This document shows, piece after piece, positions 1 to 9,466 of a stretch of DNA of 35,915 nt (the first letter of the stretch is position 1; each line of letters begins with the position of its first letter). Under the pieces are notes generated by a model, which was not told the DNA's origin, searched no databases, and was given only the letters and a program-made list of their open reading frames with translations. The stretch spans positions 1 to 35,915 of the forward strand of contig JAOZRQ010000004.1 in assembly GCA_029940115.1 (NCBI GenBank), given 5' to 3'. Made by a program: the position numbers and the translations under genes. The DNA is from Desulfobacterales bacterium. GTDB taxonomy: Bacteria > Desulfobacterota > Desulfobacteria > Desulfobacterales > 4be13.

Positions 1-214
1 AACGACAGGTTTGTGTTGGATTTGAGGCATGAGACAAAAGTTGTCTGCCAAAAAGGCGGACAAAAATTTTCGCCACATCAACAATCGACACACAAAAACG
101 GCAAAAGCCGACATGGCGGAAACAAACAAACCCGAACCCTACAGAAACAACTCACCAACTCATTAAACTCTTTAAACTCAAAAACTCTTAAACTTGATTT
201 ACATAGGAGAATTT

Positions 215-2116
215 ATGAAAAAAAAATTGTGTTTTATCATCATGTTGGCCATGGCTTCGGTTTTGCTGATGTCCCATCCTGCCGGCGCACACTCTGGAGA
301 TACGGACGAGACAGGGTGTCATATTTGCGAAACCAACTGTGAGGAATGGGGGCTTGAAGATGGCGAGTACCACTGCCACAAACCTGAAATTTCCGTATCT
401 CCCCCATCTTTCTCGGACCCGCTCACGATCTTCGTATCCTTCAACACGCCCGGCTTGTCCCCTTTTGGCTTGGCGTATGACGGAACCGATCTGTGGACCC
501 TTGACGCAGTGGAGAAGAAAATTTATAAAATGAATGCCGATGGCAACAAAATCGGGGATCCGTTGGGCTATCCGGGCGAATCTCCCTTTGGTCTTGCGGG
601 CTTGGCGTATGACGGAACCGACCTGTGGGTTTCTGAGATTGGCAACGGGAGAATCACCGAGATGGGCACCTCCGGAAACCGAATCGCCTCCTTTGACTTT
701 CCTGGCAAAACCTTTGCCGGGCTGGCATACGACGGGACATATCTGTGGGCCTCCGAATTTGGAGTACAGACCATCCACAAACTGGACACCTCTGGAAACA
801 TCATCGCGTCTTTTGATTCTCCCGGACCCAATCCCACCGGTCTGGCTTACGACGGAACCTATCTGTGGCATACCGATCCCGACACCGAGAGGATTTACAA
901 ATTAAGTACGTCGGGAGATGTCATTCTCTCGTTTGACGCGCTTGTGGAAAAACCAAAAGGCATCGCGTATGACGGTGAATACTTATGGGTTTCGGATGAC
1001 GAGAACAACCAGATTTATCAGCTTTGGCTGAACCCGTCTGTCACCGATATTGGCTCGTCAGCCTCCCGGACCTTTACCGTGGCCAATTCGGGGGATAAGC
1101 CACTTGCGATAGAACGCCTCTCCCTCGGAGGCGGGGACCCGTCTGACTTCATCATCGAAAACGATGACTGCTCCGCCCGGACTTTGGAACCTTCGGAGAC
1201 TGGCACGTTTGATGTCACCTTCTCCCCCACTTCGGCCGGCGGGAAAAACGCATCCATTGACATTGTTTCGGATGATCCGGCCACGCCTCTGCTGACCTTG
1301 CCGTTAAGCATGATGGGGCAGGGAACGGGCTATCTGCTTCCTTCGGATGATCTCTGGATCCGGGCGGTCATCAACACCGAGAAGAAAGGGCCCATTGAAG
1401 CGGTCTGGGAAAAGCGGGGGGAGGATCGGACCGAGGCAGGGGACAAGGTGACATGGGGGTATTTCCATGCGGATCCGGATGATGTCAACTGGGGAAGCAG
1501 GCAGAACCCGGATCTGTTCGTCAAGATCTGGTTTGACCGCAACGGGCGTCTGGATGTCAACTTCTTCCATGTGTCGGTTCCGGATATTGAGGTCTGGTCA
1601 GACTATCCGTATGACGGAACCCCGGACACCCACGGCGTCACGACCTTGACGAGAAGATACATCCGCCAATATCATGAGGATGGCGGCCATTTCATGGAGG
1701 CGCGTGATGAGGACGGCCTCCCGCCTGATCTGGAACCGCCCCAGGGAAACCCGCCCGGATATTATGCCATGAACGATCTGCATGTCAGCGCGGTGATTCA
1801 GACTCGTGAAAGGGGCCCCCTCACCGCCCGATGGAGCAGAGGCGGCGAGGAGATGACCGCCGACGGGCACCACGTCCTATGGGGACACTTCTACGCCAGC
1901 CCCGACGAGGTGACGTGGGGAAGCCCAGACAACCCAGATCTGTTCGTCAAAATCTGGTTCGACGCGAGCGGAAGGGTGGACGTGAACTTTTTTCATGTGT
2001 CGGTCCCCGAGATTGAAGTCTATTCCGACTTTTTCGGCGACGAGATTTATGACGAAATCGGCACCACGATCTTGGACAACCGGTACATCAGACACGAGTT
2101 TCATGTCCAGAACTGA
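215..2116 (+). CDS. Secreted multidomain repeat protein: signal peptide, Cys/His YHYH-like motif, five beta-propeller-type blades, choice-of-anchor-D/Ig-like domain, and two tandem domains of about 140 aa with unknown function
   Basis: ATG at 215 is preceded by 'taggaga' (204-210); the track start at 194 is TTG. N-terminus MKKKLCFIIMLAMASVLLMSHPAGA looks like a signal peptide. It is followed by HSGDTDETGCHICETNCEEWGLEDGEYHCH. Five repeats of about 42 aa carry GLAYDGT(D/Y)LW...I(Y/H)K(L/M)..SGN.I.SF. The segment TFTVANSGDKPLAIERLSL...FDVTFSPTSAGGKNASIDIVSDDP resembles choice-of-anchor D. Two tandem copies follow of a domain ending NPDLFVKIWFD..GR.DVNFFHVSVP.IEV. Confidence 0.85.
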   Translation: MKKKLCFIIMLAMASVLLMSHPAGAHSGDTDETGCHICETNCEEWGLEDGEYHCHKPEISVSPPSFSDPLTIFVSFNTPGLSPFGLAYDGTDLWTLDAVEKKIYKMNADGNKIGDPLGYPGESPFGLAGLAYDGTDLWVSEIGNGRITEMGTSGNRIASFDFPGKTFAGLAYDGTYLWASEFGVQTIHKLDTSGNIIASFDSPGPNPTGLAYDGTYLWHTDPDTERIYKLSTSGDVILSFDALVEKPKGIAYDGEYLWVSDDENNQIYQLWLNPSVTDIGSSASRTFTVANSGDKPLAIERLSLGGGDPSDFIIENDDCSARTLEPSETGTFDVTFSPTSAGGKNASIDIVSDDPATPLLTLPLSMMGQGTGYLLPSDDLWIRAVINTEKKGPIEAVWEKRGEDRTEAGDKVTWGYFHADPDDVNWGSRQNPDLFVKIWFDRNGRLDVNFFHVSVPDIEVWSDYPYDGTPDTHGVTTLTRRYIRQYHEDGGHFMEARDEDGLPPDLEPPQGNPPGYYAMNDLHVSAVIQTRERGPLTARWSRGGEEMTADGHHVLWGHFYASPDEVTWGSPDNPDLFVKIWFDASGRVDVNFFHVSVPEIEVYSDFFGDEIYDEIGTTILDNRYIRHEFHVQN

Positions 2117-2262
2117 CTGAGCAATTTCGGCTCCCGCAGGATTCTGACTGATTTCATGGTTTGAGGAAGTTTCCCTCAACGCAGAGTCCCGTCCGAATTC
2201 CACGGTCTCCTGCCGGCAAGGAACCCGAACCTCCGCGTCCGTTGCGCCTCTGCGACAGTTTG

Positions 2263-2300
2263 TTCCGCCTTTGGGCGGTGCCGCACCGCCCAAAGGCGAA
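2263..2300. repeat. GC-rich palindrome, a variant of the GTTCCGCC...GGCGGAAC hairpin family; possible terminator for the upstream gene
   Basis: 'ttccgcctttgggcggtgccgcaccgcccaaaggcgaa' is a near-perfect inverted repeat. Its core is related to the hairpins at 9467, 17831, 22104, 26265 and 26543. Confidence 0.6.
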
Positions 2301-2360
2301 CTAAAACGGGGTTCATTCTTGGAAAACGTCTGATATGACCTTGCAATAAAGGAGTGACCG

Positions 2361-3410
2361 ATGTTTATAAGATTCACAGTGGAGAATTTTCTCTCATTCA
2401 ACAGAAGAACAGAATTTAATATGATCGCATCTGCTGAAGATCGGCACAAGCATCATATGCTTTGCGCGAACAACGATTCTTTGGCAAGCTTGCTCCGGGC
2501 ATCCATCATTTACGGCGCAAACGCGTCAGGCAAGTCAAACCTGATCCGGGTCATGGAATTTGCAAAGGATTTCATTGTTGAGGGCGTGGAGAAGAACAAA
2601 AACATCGGGACAATCCCTTTCAAATTGTCGAACCCCGACAGACTGAAAGAACCGTCCCGATTCGAGTTTGAGTTCACATGCAACGGAAGGCAATATGCGT
2701 ATGGTTTTGTCACAAACAAACGCAAAGTTCATGAAGAATGGCTTTTTGAAGTGACACTTGAAAAGGATGATCCCATTTACGAAAGAACTGGCGATGATAT
2801 CAAATTCAATTTCTCCCACTCAATCCTTCAAAAAATCGATGACAAAGAGAAGGCTCGTCTTGGCTATGAGGCTGAAAGCACGAGGGAGAACCTCCTTTTT
2901 CTGACAAACACAAGGGAAAGAAAGATCAGGCATTTTGATTTTGCATACAAATGGTTTGATGATGTGCTGACCATCATATTTCCACATTCGAGAGTTGCCA
3001 CGTTGCCACTTTTGATCAGAACGGAGGAGCGCAGATTCGGCGAGTTGCTGAGACCTTTTGACCTTGGAATAGAGAGACTTTCCATCAGGGAGATATTGTT
3101 TGATGACTGCAAAGATATTGTTTATGATAAAACTGGCGGGAGACTGGACGAAAACAGAAGCATCAAAGATTGCATTGAGGCTCTTCTCATAAAAAAGCGT
3201 CCCAAAAAGTGTAAGGAGTTGTTTGTGCATATACACACTAACAACAACTACTCATCACAACTTTATGACAAATTGACAGAGTTTATCCACATTCGCAAAG
3301 CTATTGAAAGCGCCCGAAGACTTGGCGGATGCTCGCCAAAGGACCCGCAGTATCCTCATAAAATAGGAACTGAATTATACAAGTTGATGAGCAAGTTGTT
3401 GCCTTTATAA
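2361..3410 (+). CDS. AAA_15/AAA_21-type (ABC-like, Abi/OLD-associated class) ATPase, probably a 3'-truncated remnant
   Basis: The N-terminus MFIRFTVENFLSFNRRTEFNM...IIYGANASGKSNLIRVMEF is the typical N-terminal strand plus Walker A (nt about 2514-2540) of this family. I found no Walker B (hhhhDE) or signature/D-loop motif in the remaining roughly 290 aa. The last 60 aa or so look unrelated. The gene is visibly more AT-rich than its neighbours. Confidence 0.6.
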   Translation: MFIRFTVENFLSFNRRTEFNMIASAEDRHKHHMLCANNDSLASLLRASIIYGANASGKSNLIRVMEFAKDFIVEGVEKNKNIGTIPFKLSNPDRLKEPSRFEFEFTCNGRQYAYGFVTNKRKVHEEWLFEVTLEKDDPIYERTGDDIKFNFSHSILQKIDDKEKARLGYEAESTRENLLFLTNTRERKIRHFDFAYKWFDDVLTIIFPHSRVATLPLLIRTEERRFGELLRPFDLGIERLSIREILFDDCKDIVYDKTGGRLDENRSIKDCIEALLIKKRPKKCKELFVHIHTNNNYSSQLYDKLTEFIHIRKAIESARRLGGCSPKDPQYPHKIGTELYKLMSKLLPL

Positions 3411-3499
3411 AAATCTGGCATGGAAAATAGAAGAGTCAAGTTTCTGTCCCGATTCGCACATATCGGGAGAAGAAAATCTGCCTTTGCAGGAAAGTCGCC

Positions 3500-5251
3500 T
3501 CACGTCTCAAATTTCACCTTGCAAATCTGAACCCATCCTGATTTCCCCTTGACCTGAATCGGATCTTCCTTGGTGATGTTCAGGCTGTCCGGATGACGGA
3601 TATGGTGATATGTGCTTTCCGACAGAATCGTCTCTCCGGGACCCGCGTGGGAACATAGGCGGGAGGCCAGATTCACATGTTTGCCCAGAATCGTGTAATC
3701 CATTCGCTCCTCGCTCCCCATGGCCCCCATGATCATCTCACCGGTGTTGATGCCGATCCCCACCCGGATGCACCACTCGGGATAAACTTCATTCAATCGC
3801 TCAATGGCCTGATGGATTTCCACCGAGCAACGGACGGCATTCTCGGCCATGTCATGCTCCTGAAACACGGCGATCAGCTCGTCCCCCACATATTTGTCAA
3901 TATCGCCGTTATGCACACGGACGATTTGCGCCTGGGAACGCAGATAGGTGTTGAGCATCTTGATCACCGTCTCAGGCTCATATCTCTCTGAAAATGCGGT
4001 GAATCCCCGAATGTCAGAGAAAAGCACGGTTGCGGTTCTGCGTTCCCCGCCCAGACGGATGCCGTCATCCGCCTGTTTGATCGCGTGGATGGTCTGGTCT
4101 GAGACAAATTTCTGCAACTGAAGCCGTTCATATAGCCCCTCAATCATTTCATTGATCCGTTCCCCGAGCTCGCTGATCTCATCCCGGGAACGCCGTGGCC
4201 TGACCCGGGCGGTGAAATCCCCCCGACCCACGCGCTGGGCGATGCTTCCGATTTCGAGGATGGGGCGGCCAATGCGATTTGAAAAGAGGATGGCTCCGGC
4301 AACCGCGATCACCAGACCCGTCAGGGCCATCATGAATAGATTCTCCACCATCTTGCTGACCGCGAGATAGGCCTTTGACTCATCCTTCTCCACGATCACC
4401 ACCCAATCAAAATTTGAGGGAAAGGTGTAACCAGCCAGCATTTTTTTCCCTGAAGGACGAACATAAGGGGCCACACCGGTGGTTCCGATCCCCGCGTTCA
4501 ACAATTCCCGGGTGGCCTTGACAATCTCATAATCCCTGACATCGGATCGGCTCAGGTGAAACAGAGAGTCTCCGAGACGGTTGATCAGCATGATGTTTCC
4601 GTTCTTGTGGAAAGGATGGCGTTCCATCGTCTCCCTGACCCGTTTCAGGTTGATTTTCGACGACAATACCGCTTTCCGGCCGGCAATCTCTTTTAGGGGA
4701 ATGACGATGGAGAGCAACCGGCAGTCAATCTCAGGAATATATTCAGGGCCCTGGTTGAAGATGCCGTCCCGTTTCCACATCAGCACCAGGGAACGGTCCA
4801 TCTTTTCCATGTTTTGAATATCGCTGATCTGTTCGGGCGTCAATGACAGAAGGGCGGAGGGGTCGCTGACACCTGCACTCACCAGGCGGGCCGTGAATTT
4901 GTCCTGGGTGATCAGGATGGGGCTGGAGCTCCCTTCAATGCTGACCTGCAAGGAGACGATGTCCGCGACGTCTCTTATATTGGTCAGAATGGATAGTTTT
5001 TCCGATGATCCCAGATCCTCATTTTCAAGCACCCGCTTCATCATCAGCAACGGGGCCAGCCATGTATGGGTATGAAGACTGTCAATCTCTTGGGCGATCT
5101 GATCCGCGGTGACAATCAGTTCATCGTTGAGGAAGCTCTTCACTTCATCCTGAGTGATGCGAATCAGGCTTCTGCCAGCAACTCCCAGCGGAATCAGCGC
5201 CAGGATCACGGAAAAAAAGAGCAGTTTTTTTCGTAGGGTGAATTTCAGCAT
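3500..5251 (-). CDS. Membrane sensor adenylate/guanylate cyclase: N-terminal TM, extracytoplasmic sensor domain, second TM, HAMP, class III cyclase domain
   Basis: N-terminal TM LLFFSVILALIPLGVAG and a second TM LFMMALTGLVIAVAGAILF are followed by a HAMP-like segment RPILEIGSIAQRVGRGDF. Cyclase motifs TATVLFSDIRGFTAFSE, KYVGDELIAVF and GINTGEMIMGAMGS are present. Confidence 0.9.
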   Translation of the reverse strand: MLKFTLRKKLLFFSVILALIPLGVAGRSLIRITQDEVKSFLNDELIVTADQIAQEIDSLHTHTWLAPLLMMKRVLENEDLGSSEKLSILTNIRDVADIVSLQVSIEGSSSPILITQDKFTARLVSAGVSDPSALLSLTPEQISDIQNMEKMDRSLVLMWKRDGIFNQGPEYIPEIDCRLLSIVIPLKEIAGRKAVLSSKINLKRVRETMERHPFHKNGNIMLINRLGDSLFHLSRSDVRDYEIVKATRELLNAGIGTTGVAPYVRPSGKKMLAGYTFPSNFDWVVIVEKDESKAYLAVSKMVENLFMMALTGLVIAVAGAILFSNRIGRPILEIGSIAQRVGRGDFTARVRPRRSRDEISELGERINEMIEGLYERLQLQKFVSDQTIHAIKQADDGIRLGGERRTATVLFSDIRGFTAFSERYEPETVIKMLNTYLRSQAQIVRVHNGDIDKYVGDELIAVFQEHDMAENAVRCSVEIHQAIERLNEVYPEWCIRVGIGINTGEMIMGAMGSEERMDYTILGKHVNLASRLCSHAGPGETILSESTYHHIRHPDSLNITKEDPIQVKGKSGWVQICKVKFET

Positions 5252-6236
5252 ACGCTTCCTCGGCCTCTTTTTGCAAAAGATGGGGCATCCCCATGTATCT
5301 CGGGGAGAAATGAAAAGGGGTGAACTGTTTCACCCGTGCCCCGGCCGCGAGCTGGCCAGCCTGTCGAGCCGTGAGATGACATTTCTCCTTGGCGGTTTCT
5401 CTCTCTTTTTCAAGAAACGCGGCCTCAATGAACAGATGATCCGAATTTTCGGCAAGTCCGATGATCTTTTCGGCATTCGGTTCGCTGAAGAGAACATCTG
5501 TGATATAGGTGATTTTCTGCCCCGGGCTGATCATGGCGATCTGTTCAGCAAGTTCTCTTAGAACAAATCTCCGTGTTTCACCTTTTCCCAGTCGGACCTC
5601 ATAAGTCGAATCGGGATCCTGGCCGTCAAACAGGGCCTGTTTGAACTCCCTGAGCCAGGGACCCACATCAAGCCCGAGAGCGACCACGCGCTCCTTTATG
5701 ATGTTGACATGAAACTGTTCCCTGATGCTGAATCCGAGGCATGGAATGCCGTGATCAAGAATGGCTGTGGAAACAGACAAGGAGGGTTCCTCCAGCAAAA
5801 TGCCAGGGAATCCGTTTACGATAGTCTCCTCGGTGGGACGGAATCGGTTCCGGCATGGATATCGCCTTGAAATCAGGCGGTCCGGACGCACCTCGGTGAC
5901 ATGGAATGCAAACCGGTTGCTGTAATTTTCCACAAGGTTCCATGAGTATCCGGCAAGCTTTCCCTCCACATTTTTCAGAAAGCCCTCGGGACCGTATAGG
6001 GATATGATTTTTTCCCGGCCGAGGAGCAGGCGCAACAATCTGTCAAACCCCGCAAAATGGTCCATATGCGTATGCGTGACAAATGCATGGCTGATCTTGA
6101 GTATGTTCCGGGGGGAGAGCATGTGAATGTCACCCAGATCAAACATGAACGCACGTTTTTCAAAAAGAAAGGGGATGAACAGGCCAGGATCATCAAAAGG
6201 GCCGTTGACCATCCCGGGATGAAAGGAAGGACGCAT
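5145..6236 (-). CDS. MBL-fold metallo-hydrolase (RNase Z-like subgroup)
   Basis: The HxHxDH motif 'THTHMDH' is present. N-terminus MRPSFHPGMVNGPFDDPGLFIPFLFEKRAFMFDLGD is typical of this subgroup. I chose the internal ATG at 6236 over the track start at 6296. The 3' tail overlaps the cyclase start by 107 nt. Confidence 0.8.
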   Translation of the reverse strand: MRPSFHPGMVNGPFDDPGLFIPFLFEKRAFMFDLGDIHMLSPRNILKISHAFVTHTHMDHFAGFDRLLRLLLGREKIISLYGPEGFLKNVEGKLAGYSWNLVENYSNRFAFHVTEVRPDRLISRRYPCRNRFRPTEETIVNGFPGILLEEPSLSVSTAILDHGIPCLGFSIREQFHVNIIKERVVALGLDVGPWLREFKQALFDGQDPDSTYEVRLGKGETRRFVLRELAEQIAMISPGQKITYITDVLFSEPNAEKIIGLAENSDHLFIEAAFLEKERETAKEKCHLTARQAGQLAAGARVKQFTPFHFSPRYMGMPHLLQKEAEEAYAEIHPTKKTALFFRDPGADSAGSCWQKPDSHHSG

Positions 6237-6327
6237 TTTTTTCAAGCTCTCGGTTTTAAGTGTTTGATTTGACAGTTGACAGCTGACACCCACCAATCAT
6301 GGGATCTCACCCATGTGAACCTTCAGC

Positions 6328-6760
6328 TGTCATTCCCGCGAAAGCGGGGATCCACTATTGCCAAAACTGTCATTCCCGCTTGCGCGGGAATGACAGGCAC
6401 AGTGGGTTCCCGCTTTCGCGGGAATGACAGGCACAGTGGGGGTTCCCGCTTTCGCGGGAATGACAGGCACAGTGGGGTTCCCGCTTTCGCGGGAATGACA
6501 GGCACAGTGGATTCCCGCTTTCGCGGGAATGACAGGCACAGTGGATTCCCGCTTGCGCGGGAATGACGGGCATACAGCAATTCATAAGTTCGTCACCCCT
6601 TCCGCCGGATTGCCAAATCCGGCGGCTCGGTGCCAATCCGAGCCGAGCGAGGGGTACGAACTTACAAAGTGGTGTAGCAGGTTCCCGCTTACGCGGGAAT
6701 GACAGTGGGTTCGCGGGAATGACAGGCACAGTGAATTCCCGCTTGCGCGGGAATGACATC
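6328..6760. repeat. Tandem array of a hairpin unit of about 35 bp (TTCCCGC-ttyc-GCGGGAA-TGACAGGCACAGTGG), interrupted by a compound nested hairpin at 6586-6672
   Basis: 'ttcccgc' cores start at 6333, 6373, 6407, 6443, 6478, 6512 and 6546, a spacing of 34-40 nt. More copies lie at 6682-6760. The units abut directly with no unique spacers. The inner segment contains 'ccgccggattgccaaatccggcgg' and 'ctcggtgccaatccgag' hairpins, which recur at 22241-22289. Confidence 0.9.
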
Positions 6761-6882
6761 TTGATGATAGGTTGTTTTTGGCATCCTTCAAAAAAGTTGG
6801 AAAAGTATCTGCCCGGCACGAGCAGGGACAAAGTGTAAACTCAGCAGACCTGAAAGGACAAGGAAACCCGCTCTGTCCGAGA

Positions 6883-7016
6883 ACGTGAACTTGAACATGA
6901 ACATTCATTTGCGGGCAAGTTCAAGCACAAGTTCAGGTTCAGGTTCAAGTATAAGTTCACGTTCAAGTTCAAGTTCACGTTCACGTTCATGGCTCCCCAA
7001 ATCCATTATTAATCAG
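6883..7016. mobile_element. Partial MITE-like element (hexamer-stem family). The right terminus is present and degenerate; the left terminus is missing.
   Basis: GTGAAC/TTGAAC hexamers, then a 'cattcatttgcgggc' loop, then GTTCAA/GTTCAC hexamers, then 'ggctccccaaatccattattaatcag'. This last segment resembles the right end 'ggcctcccctaaatccgttataatcag' of the copies at 18192 and 18844. Confidence 0.6.
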
Positions 7017-7040
7017 CTTATTTTTTATAAATGGGGTTAC

Positions 7041-7460
7041 CTATGGCAGATATTTTACCACTTGTTTGTTAATACAAATATATATGTCTTCATCAGAGCC
7101 GAATATGTCCACAACATCTTTGTAATTAATCAGACGATCAATGACAAAGGATGTCAGATAAAGGCTGACAATATGTGGATCTTGCACGATGTTTCTTACG
7201 GGTGCCACTTGGTAATCGACTTCAAAGTCATCTAAATGGCTCAAGCTGTCAAGACATTTCCCGATCTGTTCCTGAAGGCCGTCTTTGTTGGTGGTCTCCA
7301 CGAGTTCTTCTTCAATAAGCTTCATGGCAACCGAGTTGCTCAAAGGCTCAATATGGTCATTTATGGCCTTTATCGCTTTGCGCCGCGCATGTTCTTTTGA
7401 GGATTCGATCTTTGACAGGATATTTGACTCACATGAACTTGGCCGGAATACTTTTGCCAT
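7041..7460 (-). CDS. Hypothetical protein (139 aa), AT-rich
   Basis: ATG at 7460 is preceded by 'aaaggggaa'. The track ORF start at 7643 would overlap recJ. No motif recognised. Confidence 0.5.
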   Translation of the reverse strand: MAKVFRPSSCESNILSKIESSKEHARRKAIKAINDHIEPLSNSVAMKLIEEELVETTNKDGLQEQIGKCLDSLSHLDDFEVDYQVAPVRNIVQDPHIVSLYLTSFVIDRLINYKDVVDIFGSDEDIYICINKQVVKYLP

Positions 7461-7569
7461 GGAAATTCCCCTTTTTGATAAGATCAGCAGATGCCTGTCA
7501 TGATAATGACAATCCTGTTGATTGGCAAGCGAAAATTTGGAGTTGCAAGTTGCAACTACCGAATTGAGC

Positions 7570-9291
7570 TTACAGCTCTTCCACAATCGTAATCTGTGCA
7601 ATTTTTCTGCCGTTCCAGCGGTTCCAGCGCAACCGGAAGGCAATCTGTGAAAAATGGTCCTTCAAAGGCATATCTGGATCGATATTGAACTGAATGGCCT
7701 TTATCCCCTTGCCTGTTCTGTTCTCAGAAACCTGCCTCAATGTCATCTGCCTGTGGTTTCCGTCGCCGACAATTTTGGGAGAGGAGGCCCGCACATTCCT
7801 GGCCAGAAAAAGCGGTTCGGGGTTCCCTTCCCCATAAGGCTCCAGTGTCTCCAACTCATCAATGAGGTCATTTGAAATGTCATTCAGGTCAAGTTCATAA
7901 TCAACTGAGACCGTTTGCACGAAGTCGCTCGGCATCGTCATTTTCCGGATGGCTTGTTCAAAATTTTTCTGAAACAGCGGGATGTTATCCCTTTTTATGG
8001 TCAGCCCCGCAGCCATGGCATGACCGCCGAAGTATTCCATATCATCGGCACACACCGAAAGCCCTGCATGAAGATCAATGCCCGGAATGCTCCGGCCCGA
8101 GCCTTTTCCGATCCCAGTCTTTGTTGAGATCAGTATGGTGGGCCGAAAATATTTTTCCACAATCTTGGACGCGACAATGCCGAGAACCCCCTCATGCCAT
8201 TCCGGATCCGACAAGACCAGAGACACCCCCCGACACAGGTCCGGATGATGGTCCACATATTCAAGGATATCCTGTACCATCTTTTTTTCGATGCTCTGCC
8301 GTTTCTGGTTCATCAGGTTGAGGGAACCGGCAATCCCTCTCGCGGTTTCGGAGTCGTTCGTTGTCAGAAGGTCAACAGCGATCTTGGCATGATCCATTCT
8401 GCCAGCCGCGTTCAGCCGGGGGGCCAGCCTGAAGAGAATCGCCTCGGTGTCAGCCGTGTTGCTGCTGATCCCGCAGGCTTTGATCAGTGCTCGGATTCCG
8501 GGACGATCCCCGGTCTTGATGACTTCCAGTCCGGTCTTGGTCAGGATCCGGTTCTGATCCACAAGGGGGACCACATCCGCGACCGTTCCAAGGGCCACAA
8601 GGCTGCAAAGCTGTTTCAGATTCGGTTCGGGACGGCTTTGCCAGAATTTTTTGTCACGCAGGTGTTTTCGAAGGCAGATCAGCAGGCAGAAGGCCACGCC
8701 CACGCCGGCAAGGTGTTCAAATCCAGCAGTACAGTCCGGGCGTTTCGGATTCACCACCGCCACGGCCCGAGGCAGGTCTGAGATGCTATGGTGGTCCGTG
8801 ATGATGACATCGGTTCCGGCTTCCCGGGCCATCTCCACCGCCTCATGGCTTGTGGATCCACAGTCCGCGGTGATGATGAGGTCGGCCCTGTCCGCCAAGC
8901 CGTAATCTGAAATATGACAGGGCCGGAGGCTGTATCCTTCTTTTACCCGATGCGGGATATGGTACGACACATTTGCCCCGGTCTTCTGCAAAAATTCAAG
9001 GAGGATGATTGTCGCGGTTATTCCATCCACATCATAATCCCCAAAAATCAGTATGCTCTCATTCTTCATGATGGCTGTGTGGATCCGGCGGACCGCGGGA
9101 TCCATGTCCTTTATGGAAAACGGCGGTTTCAGCATTTGAAGGGAATCACTGAAAAAATAGGACGCGTCCTCTTGGGACAGGATATGACGATTCACCAGAA
9201 TGGCCGCAAGGATGGGACTGCATTTCAGGCTCTCGCAGACACTTCGGACGGACTGCATATCCGGTTGCAGGATTTTCCAATTTTTGTTCAT
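7570..9291 (-). CDS. recJ: Single-stranded-DNA-specific exonuclease RecJ
   Basis: DHH-family motifs are present: ILIFGDYDVDGITA, ITADCG and VIITDHH. The DHHA1 region contains GGHAMAAG. The length of 573 aa is typical. Confidence 0.93.
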   Translation of the reverse strand: MNKNWKILQPDMQSVRSVCESLKCSPILAAILVNRHILSQEDASYFFSDSLQMLKPPFSIKDMDPAVRRIHTAIMKNESILIFGDYDVDGITATIILLEFLQKTGANVSYHIPHRVKEGYSLRPCHISDYGLADRADLIITADCGSTSHEAVEMAREAGTDVIITDHHSISDLPRAVAVVNPKRPDCTAGFEHLAGVGVAFCLLICLRKHLRDKKFWQSRPEPNLKQLCSLVALGTVADVVPLVDQNRILTKTGLEVIKTGDRPGIRALIKACGISSNTADTEAILFRLAPRLNAAGRMDHAKIAVDLLTTNDSETARGIAGSLNLMNQKRQSIEKKMVQDILEYVDHHPDLCRGVSLVLSDPEWHEGVLGIVASKIVEKYFRPTILISTKTGIGKGSGRSIPGIDLHAGLSVCADDMEYFGGHAMAAGLTIKRDNIPLFQKNFEQAIRKMTMPSDFVQTVSVDYELDLNDISNDLIDELETLEPYGEGNPEPLFLARNVRASSPKIVGDGNHRQMTLRQVSENRTGKGIKAIQFNIDPDMPLKDHFSQIAFRLRWNRWNGRKIAQITIVEEL

Positions 9292-9466
9292 AAACTCTTT
9301 ATACCTTATAATGAGGATTCAAACAACAGCAAAATTGAAAATTTTTCTGAATTTCATCATATAGATGCCACATTCTTACTTTACAATCATCTCGGTTCCT
9401 GATAAACACAATTTGGTCTGGGGTCTTGGGTGTAAACCACTTTTCAGGCAAGCCTTCAGGCATTCC

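Noticed and set aside
188-871. 227-aa minus-strand ORF
   Set aside because: It is an antisense shadow of the well-supported secreted repeat protein. It has no motifs and a repetitive, Gly/Arg-rich composition.
6328-6760. Possible CRISPR array (regularly spaced palindromic repeats of about 35 bp)
   Set aside because: The units abut one another directly with no unique spacers of 25-40 bp, and no cas genes are nearby. It is a tandem hairpin repeat.
6276-6908. Track ORFs translating as SFPRKRE / VIPAKAG / RFRGNDR repeats
   Set aside because: They are read-through of the hairpin array in all six frames. These are classic repeat-derived false ORFs.
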